A stretch of 54,467 nt of DNA from Perkinsus chesapeaki ATCC PRA-425. Taxonomy: Eukaryota > Protista > Perkinsozoa. Every line of letters begins with the position of its first letter. The first letter of the stretch is position 1. Made by a program: the position numbers and the translations under genes. A model generated the notes under the pieces. That model made no database searches, was not told the DNA's origin, and saw only the letters and a list, made by a program, of their open reading frames with translations. This document shows, one piece after another, positions 46,564 to 54,467 of the stretch. The DNA lies in the NCBI GenBank assembly GCA_013115145.1, contig JAAPAO010000196.1, positions 1 through 54,467 of the forward strand, written 5' to 3'.

Positions 46564-47759
46564 CTGGCGAACTCCCAAATTCGTTTCTTTATGCACACCT
46601 AGTTTTGGGTTCTTCGTGAGTACTGTAGGTGTCCTTGTATTGTCCTCAGTATCCTCGCTACGGGAGAAATGAAAAATAGAGAGGTTCATCTTTAATTAAC
46701 TGTCTCGGTGCCTCGCTTCACGAGAACTTTACCCGGAGGATACTCAGTACAATTGCGTATAACCTCCGCTGGCACGCTTTGCCATGTATGTCCGAAGCGT
46801 TTAGTGAGTTTTTGCGAATCCGTATCGAGCAGGGCGCAATCACTGAGCACACGAGTCGTGATAATAGCATATGAGATGGTAGCATGTTCAAATCTGTCAG
46901 AGGCTACCTTGACCCTGTCTTCCAGTGAATTGATTCAATCCAGTCCGAAGCTAGCATTCCATAACTTGGGCCATCGGATATCGTTAATGATCGCCATATC
47001 ATGTAGCGCTATAAGACTTGCTTTCCAGTGGAAGGCTTCTACTGCAAGTGTTCACCGCCGAAGCGTATTCACATAGCCACCGGAAATGAGTTTGTTCAGC
47101 AAGCTAAGGCTTGTCCATCGAAAGTGAGGCTCTCTCTCCGAATCTTCATCCATCAAGCTGGGCAGATGCTTGAAGCTTATGTTTCCTTTTCGACTGATTC
47201 CGTTTGCTCGGACTGCTAAACCAACTCGACACCACGGCACTCGAAACGTATTCAGCTCTTCAGCTGAAGCACACATGGGTGACAAAAGTAACTATTGTTA
47301 TAGAGCAATAATGCTACGAGAAATCATAACCGACTGGAATCGCGGAGTGTCTCATTCTTCCTCGGTCTCAACCATCGGCCATCATGCATTAACACCTGGC
47401 AAGCTGCCATGAACCAGACATGCGCTCTACGTGTTATGTACATGCTCATCGATACATTCCGTTAGATTCGGGGAACCATTGACGTCGGTCCAGAGTTGGG
47501 GGTAACTAAAACGAGCGGCTAGAAATATCTCATGAACGAAATGCGATAAACAGAGAAACGAAGGGACGGAGACGAATTCCAGATGAAGAATTCCAGTGGG
47601 CCCAGACAGAGTCTGACTTTTGCAAATTCAAAGAGTCAATGTTGGTGCACATCCATTCGTGTGTCATTCTCGGCCATCGTAAAAGATGCACACCGTCCCC
47701 CCTTCCGCAAATGTATCTGAAAGATCGACCAATCCTCGGGGCAAACCATAGAGAGCGAG

Positions 47760-49357
47760 CTACTTGGATAGATGAGGTTGCACTACGTAGTCGAGCCCGG
47801 CAGAGATGTGCGATAAAGGAATCCTGTGGACTGCAAGCTTTTGAGTGATGTCAACAGAACAGCCATAATTCGGGGCATGCTGAACCTGATGGCAACGCTC
47901 GGAACAAAAATACAAGACGAATGGCTCACTAGATTTGCATTGCATGCAATCCGATGAAGTACCCCACGTTTCTCCCCAATGTCGAGCAATCGAGCAGTTC
48001 GACCAGCTGCTGATAGAATGGGCTTGAAAACGGCTTCGGCAGGACTTGACCGCTTTGGTGGCGCTCCCAGTCCAATACGCCTATGGGTCCAGTGTTACTC
48101 ACCAACCGAGCGATGCATAACACGTGGGCCAGAGCCCAGTGTATCTCTTTGCAACCATTTCGAGCTGGTATCACCTGGAAAAGTCCCTTCCTCCCCAATG
48201 GATAAATGAGAGTGTTCGTGTGTCAGGTAGAGCGGACGGGGCCACGAGAACCTGCGCAGAGCCTGCCGGGTCCGGGCAGCCCGGAGATGTGATGGAGTTT
48301 CCATGGTTCAATCCGAGCTGGTCCAGTGTCGGGTAACTTACTATGCGGTCAATGAGGTCGATGTTTTGCGCAGCGAACCTCAGCGCAATACCGCCACCCA
48401 GGGACATGCCCGCGACGACCTGAGGCCTTAGACGTATGAGATTGCAGACAAGAAAAGGCCCTGCCACCGTGGAGGCTCCCAGCCGGCGGATGCTCACAAA
48501 GCTGCGATTGTTCATATATGATAATCTGTCTCAGTGCTGAATAGCATTTCCGAAATACACAGACAGGCGAACGTAAGTTCTCATCCCAAAGGACCAACAA
48601 CTTCGCCGCCGAAAAGCCCAGTGATTCTAGATCTGTATATCGGCAGTGAAGCTACAATTGTCGAGGAGGAAGGTTCTTCCTTCCATCCAGCCATCTCTAT
48701 ACAGCATTCCACTTGTTGCAGTAGAAGATCTGGTGTCAAATCTTCAACGGCAGGAGGGTCTGGTGACTTGCCCATTCCGAAGAAATCTGTTACACGACAT
48801 GGTGGTGTAGTTGAGCTCAGGGGACTACCCAGCATGATCACCTCTCCACCGTAGAGCTGAATAAGCTGGCGAGGTAGGTGACCCCATGCTGTATGGTCTT
48901 GGAGCCACCCATGCAGTAGGAGGAATCTCGGAGAGTTACGGCGTTTATCGATCGCCTGAGGAGGACACAGGTCATCCTCATTCGATAATAGGCCGCAGGA
49001 AGGTGAGAAGATTATTATGAAGCTTGCAGTGCGCGCCATGTGACAATAGTCACGATGGTAGAAGCCTATCCAAGTCATAGAGAAGTGCGAAGTCGGCAGC
49101 ATGTACAGAAACTCAAAATTGGTACGCCGTTGCGCGCAGTATGCTGGATGCTTCCGGATTGCATCTCAGTCAGTTTCCGTACGTGTCAAACTAAGCACCT
49201 CTTGATCCTGAATCGCATCAGTTTCCTTAGTAAAAAGAATCTTTTCAAAAAATTCGTGGAACTTGCGAATTACCGGGGATCGGCCACGCAAATGCAACCA
49301 ATAAAAATTGTGAAGTTCAGGACGCCGAACATCGACCGAGTCGGATGCAGCGGCCAT
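47760..49357 (-). CDS. Alpha/beta hydrolase fold protein, multi-exon
   Basis: FLLLHGWLQD (HG motif), DFFGMGKSPDP (DxxGxGxS), VVAGMSLGGGIALRFAAQ (GxSxG) and a candidate C-terminal His (IPLSH). Ends are approximate. Confidence 0.85.
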
Positions 49358-51132
49358 CGCTTAGAAGGCGACAACACCTCCGGGGAATGGTGGGAAACAA
49401 ACCCTGTAGCACCGTCAGGAACCGTCAAACACACCGCGAGTGGTTATAGTAAATGAAGTATGACACGGGCATTTCACAAACTCAACACTTCTGAGTAGAG
49501 GAAACCTTTGATATTACTTGCTGTCATCCGCGGACTCCGCAGCGCGGAGGTAATGTTCGTGCTGTGATGTCTAATGCCATTGATGACGATTGAGATTTAT
49601 TAAGGATAGTGAAAAGGGTAACAAACAACAGTAGCTATCGCACGTTTCTTTTTACTTGGACGGGAGAAAGTTTGCCTCGTCTGAAAATTTTTGTGACCAA
49701 ATTTTTGCCGGTGAAAAATCATGAGAGCTCACCGTTTGCTAGAGAAATCGATTAAGGGAATAGGCGCCTATACAACGATGTTATTAAGGAATACCTTGAA
49801 AATGCCATACCGGGATTTTTCGAGACTGGTAGTGTAAGGGAGACAGATCTTTGCATGATTTGTATCACTTGGACCAACCTCTGACAGCTGGAGGCTTCTG
49901 GCTACTGTGAAGTATCTTTCTTCGAAGGTGCTCTAGGATTACCAGCAAATAAAACCCTCGGGCTTGCAGAGTCGAGAACTCTTAGACGCAAAGATATGAT
50001 AGTCATAGTAATTACTCCCCACTCATTTCTTGGTTCCTTTTGACCCTCCCTCCCTCCCTTAACGGTTGCAACGCGAGGTAAACTCGTAAATCTTATTCAA
50101 CTGGGATCGTCGATCCCGAATTGAGCACGGGTGCACTTTGTTTCCCATATAGAGGCCTAAAGTGGAGGGAATGCAGCGGTCTATTATAGTCACTGTGATC
50201 CCTTGGACGTCAGCGGTTTATTCAGATAGTGGCGGTAGAAATGGCAATGGTTGTTTAAAACTAGCAGTACTCCTTGCAGGTCATGTCGGTCCAGAAATTG
50301 TGGACCAAGCGTTACATACCCTACCAAGGTTAGGCAAGGCTTCTCCGACGAGCTTAGTTGCTATAATGGCTGATACGTGACAGCCTGCCAAGTGACAGTA
50401 ATACGGTCTGGTCGTTTATGCCGAGTTCAGGACGTCTGCCTGTTCACAGATCGCTTCGGGAGTCGCCCGTGCCGGGCAGCCTGTGGAAATGTCAATTCTG
50501 AGAAGTTCCACTAGATTTTCGCATCCCCCACTGCGCCGGTTCCAGCCGTAACCACCAAGCACATTATGTGGGTTCGTTAAAGAGAACTGACTGGGGAAAC
50601 AGCAATCTAATAGACGACTCAACGCCGGCGTACGCAGTAGTTCTCAAGCATGTGACTCACGTGACGTGGGTGTCGTTCTCCACGACACATTCTCCACGCG
50701 AAAGCCGATGAACAGCAGCAGAGCCTAGCTCCTTAGTGTAGAACAGTGAACACAAACCATTGCAGATGGCTGAAATAGTACCGTACGTATTACATATCAA
50801 ATCAATCTCGATAGCAATCGTGATGAAACAATTGACACAAGTTTTAAACGCCTAATTTTAATCGATTTTCAACCTTTTTGAGAAACCTACTTAGCGTCTA
50901 GCATAGTAGTTAAAGTCGTGACCAGCTGGCCTATCATATGTTATACTCTGCAAAGGAGAGCCTCGGTCCAAAGAACCCCTCCTAGGCGAGCCGCTCAGAC
51001 TTGGTCGCATACGCTTTGCGGATTCTGTCTCCCGAGCTTCCTCGATCCTAAAAAGTCGACAGCTTTCATCTGTGAGTTGACCAATCTCCCGCTCATCATT
51101 TCGTGCTTGGAATGACCGAAGGTCAGGGAGAC

Positions 51133-53075
51133 TTACTTAGTAGGCACGGACCTTCGTCGCCGTCTGCCCTTTCCCTTCGCCGATCCCTCGGGGCGTCGTT
51201 GCATAGGATAATTAAGCTCCTCCTCGACAGGCTCGGGAATCGGCAGCCACTCATCCTGAAGTGACCCGTGATATTTCCCAGTGAGCAGGGCATTGCCTAC
51301 TTCTCGCATCCGAGGTTCGCGTGGCATTCGGCGGTTATCGACGCCTCGCCTATAATGATGAAACGCCGGGTTCTCGCCTCGGTCCTCCCAGCTCGGGGGC
51401 GATGGTCCACGACTTGGGAACTGCTCCCAGAGTTCTGGAGATAACATCGATTGCTCGAGAGGCCAGTAATGCTCAGCTGAGTTAATGCGATCGTGACGCT
51501 GAGGCTGAGGAGGTAAAGAGGTTCACGCTTAGGGTGAAGCAGAAAGTGGCTTACTTCCATGAAACCTCCAGAGCCGTCAAAATGCCTATCATCGTTAGCA
51601 TCGTAGAGGGAGTATTCTGCAACAGGTTCGCCCTGACCGGAGGGAAAAGATACTGTGTTGAGAACTGAGTAAACTGAGGAAGACTGTCTTCCTCAGCTCA
51701 TCCGAGTTAGAATTTCGTTTAGTTATCCGAAGTTTTGCCGAGTTTTTCTAAGTTTTGCGGCTAAGGCTAGGGCGTATGCTAAGATGCAGCAGTGCTGATC
51801 TGGAAAATATCGGAAGGACAATGACGAATGTTACCATGCCATAAAGTGCACCATGCAGCATGCACACTTACATCCTCCCATCCATCATCATCCTCATTTT
51901 CATCGGAATCGCCTTCTTTGCGCCATTCTTTATACCACTCTTTCTTCAACTCATCCCACTTCCAATCATACCACCATCCCGTCCAATTCTCCCAATTGTC
52001 CTTTCCCTCCGAGCTACGCCGTTTCTCTTCCGCCGAATGCCTCAATCTCGCTCCCCAGCCATCGGTTTTCATTTCCTCCTGATCCGAGCCGCCCTTAGGG
52101 GCAGTCCATGGGCTGGACTCAGCTTCCTTCTCGGTAGTGTCCCAACCTTTGCTTTCACTGGGAGGTGTTGTCTGGGGAGTCCTCTTCCCTTCTGGTCGCC
52201 ACTCGGTTGCCAATGATGACCTGGCAGAGGAACATCTGCACCGGTACTCTAGAAACTCCATAATAGGTTAGTAGTCCTAAAAAGTTACTGCCACTACTCT
52301 CGACAGTGTTCCCCAGCATTCCGCTGCTACCGCGAAAACACGGGGAAAATAAAATATAGTAGCAACTCACTTGAGAGGTGTAGTAGGTACTTTTGCTGTG
52401 CTCGATGTCCATGCTTCTGGCCCCACAAGACGTACTGCAGACTCCGTAGAGACTCCGGCCTGCTGAGAGTGATGGATCTGTATATGCATTACTATGAATT
52501 ACTGTGCCATTATTCGCCTTGAACCCAGCTAAGGCTTGGGCTCTCGCTGCTTCCCTGGCGAGCTCTGCCTAAGATAAAAGTTGCCTATTGCCTACTCAGA
52601 ATGACAGTCTACGGGAACTCCCCAGAAGTATAAATTTTGTTCTTCATTTTCATAGTGAGTAATAAATAGACTTATGATCGGTATAAATGATAGTTTACTC
52701 TTGCGGTTCTTAAGCTACGAACTATTGGGTTTAAAGAACGCTCGATTACCTCGGACTGAGCAAGGACAAGGTTCTACAGGTCACGGCCCGCTAATTTTTT
52801 TAACCAGTCCCATATGTATTCACATTTTCAACGTGTTGAATGTCAACAATAAAACTCAGTGGTTCAGACTAGCATCAGGATTATCGGATGCAGCATGTGA
52901 CATCTGAGGTAGTCCAGTTTGGTAGCCCAGCTGGAGCACTGGGCAATGATAATACGTGGCGATAGTCGCGTGACGCGACTCGCGTCAACGATTGGCGCGG
53001 GAAGTTGACGTCCATGGAGCGCGATGGGGGCATTTGTCCCGTCGACAAAAGCATGTTGTGCGCACGCCTAGTCAA
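51133..53075 (-). CDS. Multi-exon hypothetical protein with a Trp/acidic low-complexity region; 5' end uncertain (may reach ~53400)
   Basis: Open exon-like segments bounded by GT/AG: AELAREAARAQALAG, QAGVSTESAVRLVGPEAW, ..NWENWTGWWYDWKWDELKKEWYKEW..DENEDDDGWED, ..KGKGRRRRRSVPTK*. Confidence 0.6.
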
Positions 53076-54394
53076 GAAATTTGTCCGCGCACATTTTGAA
53101 GGCCTTTAGTTGCAACAACTTTGGTGGAGAACCCGTCGCCATGCCATCGGAAGGATCAGTTGAGCAAACTCCTTCACCAGCTGAGGCCGAACGAGTTCTT
53201 CATATCAACGTGAATTTACTTCATCACGTTAAACATGACAAGCTCGATGGAGCTCTACAAGACGTGCCCGAACTTCGCGGCGCACTCGTTATCGTGATTT
53301 TTTTTCTCGCTCGCTCAGCTCGTAATACTACCTCACACAATCCTGGGTCAACTTCTCCTCTAGTTCCGCCGCACTCGTCTATACGTACGCAGTCAGCTGC
53401 ATTTAGCACTGCATCTACTGGAAATGTGCGATCACTGGCTGGCGCTATATGTGACCGAAGGAGGTTGCGGACCCGAAGACAGTCCGGAGTCTGGACTCTA
53501 ATCCATAAAAGCTATGCAAATTCCGGACGATAAACCTTACTCGGGTTTGTCTGACTCCGATGTATCCCGTTTTGCAATCTGTTCAACGTGAGATTACTTT
53601 CATAGGATTAGGCCCGAAATTCTCATGGCACTAGTTGTCAGTTCACCGGCACTTTCTCGTTCACTGCTGTAATGAGTCAGTTGCCTCAGGGCTTTTGACC
53701 GCGGTCCAGCCTTATATGCAACCGAAATTAGGCCGACTGGATTACACCGCGATTCTTGATCGGCTGGCTGCTTGCCGGGGGAGTTGGAGTACTATATTCA
53801 ATAGTACACTCCAAGAACGAGCTTGCCGACGCTTCACCAGAGAATGTTGCCAGTGGGATTTTGCTGTAGGCAACACTTGGAGGGCTATCACATCACATCA
53901 TGCTACGAGCGACGATCCTCCCATTGTGGACATCCATATAACAAACTGTGCGAAGTACGGCATTTGTCTCTTCGGCAGCACAGATCGTCGTCCGAGAAAC
54001 GGTGAGCCTTCGGTGGGGTTTCGTCAGCGGCTGCTACTCAGTAGCACTGCCCCCTGTGCAGTATCCGTCATGTGGAGGGCTAGCAGCGCAATCTCCGCTG
54101 AAAAATCCCCTCTCGGTAGGTGTTGCTAAATGGATGTTGAAACTTGAGGAGATGTTCCCGTTGTTCGACACAAATCGGGTTCTGCCGGTGCCAGTTTGTC
54201 ACAAAATACCAAGCTTTCGCTTTTGTAACATCCCAGGCTTTCCCCGCTGCTTCCATCACGCAGCGTGATTCACGATCACAATAACTCACAATTCGAGACG
54301 GAGCTTGGGAACTTCGCGGTTGGAATCGGACATAGGTATTAGTCCCGCGGACGGAGGTAGAGTCAATCTGCAAGTCTAGTGGTACCAGAGCAGT

Positions 54395-54467
<73 letters not shown>
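54395..54467 (+). other. Terminal poly-G run, probable sequencing/assembly artefact
   Basis: 73-nt G run with one C (54434) at the very end of the window. Confidence 0.8.

Noticed and set aside
46700-47700. Short ORFs between the 761-aa gene and the hydrolase
   Set aside because: No coherent exon chain or motif.
50160-50630. Possible small spliced gene
   Set aside because: GT/AG sites exist on both strands, but I could not build a consistent reading frame.
54395-54467. Poly-G as a G-quadruplex or telomere
   Set aside because: A homopolymer at a sequence end is a typical base-calling artefact and contains no telomeric repeat unit.

Overview
This is eukaryotic, intron-dense DNA. Most introns are about 40-60 nt, some have GC donors, and the gene content is myzozoan-type, so it most resembles a Perkinsus-like alveolate (inferred, not verified). 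Most ORFs in the supplied track are exon fragments or antisense noise, so I rebuilt genes by hand across GT/GC..AG junctions, and boundaries are approximate. In order, the window holds: a tandem pair of small 12-Cys secreted proteins (one disrupted); a RING/B-box/B-box/coiled-coil protein; a 26-bp minisatellite; three tandem DEDDy (WRN/EXD-type) 3'-5' exonucleases, the third with a degenerate active site and a G/S/Y/R-rich tail; a secreted PAN/Apple protein; an intronless secreted orphan; sortilin (- strand); and, head-to-head with it, a ~21-kb IPT/TIG + GCC2/GCC3-type multi-pass membrane gene. That giant gene carries three tRNA genes (Pro, His, Leu) and an unidentified ~390-nt highly structured candidate ncRNA in its introns. 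After it come a foldback-like 42-bp repeat element across an assembly gap, an intronless 761-aa probable multi-OB-fold/Zn-ribbon protein, an alpha/beta hydrolase, a Trp-rich orphan and a terminal poly-G artefact. The best leads are the structured RNA with its divergent tRNA-like B-box, the intron-nested tRNAs and the exonuclease triplet.
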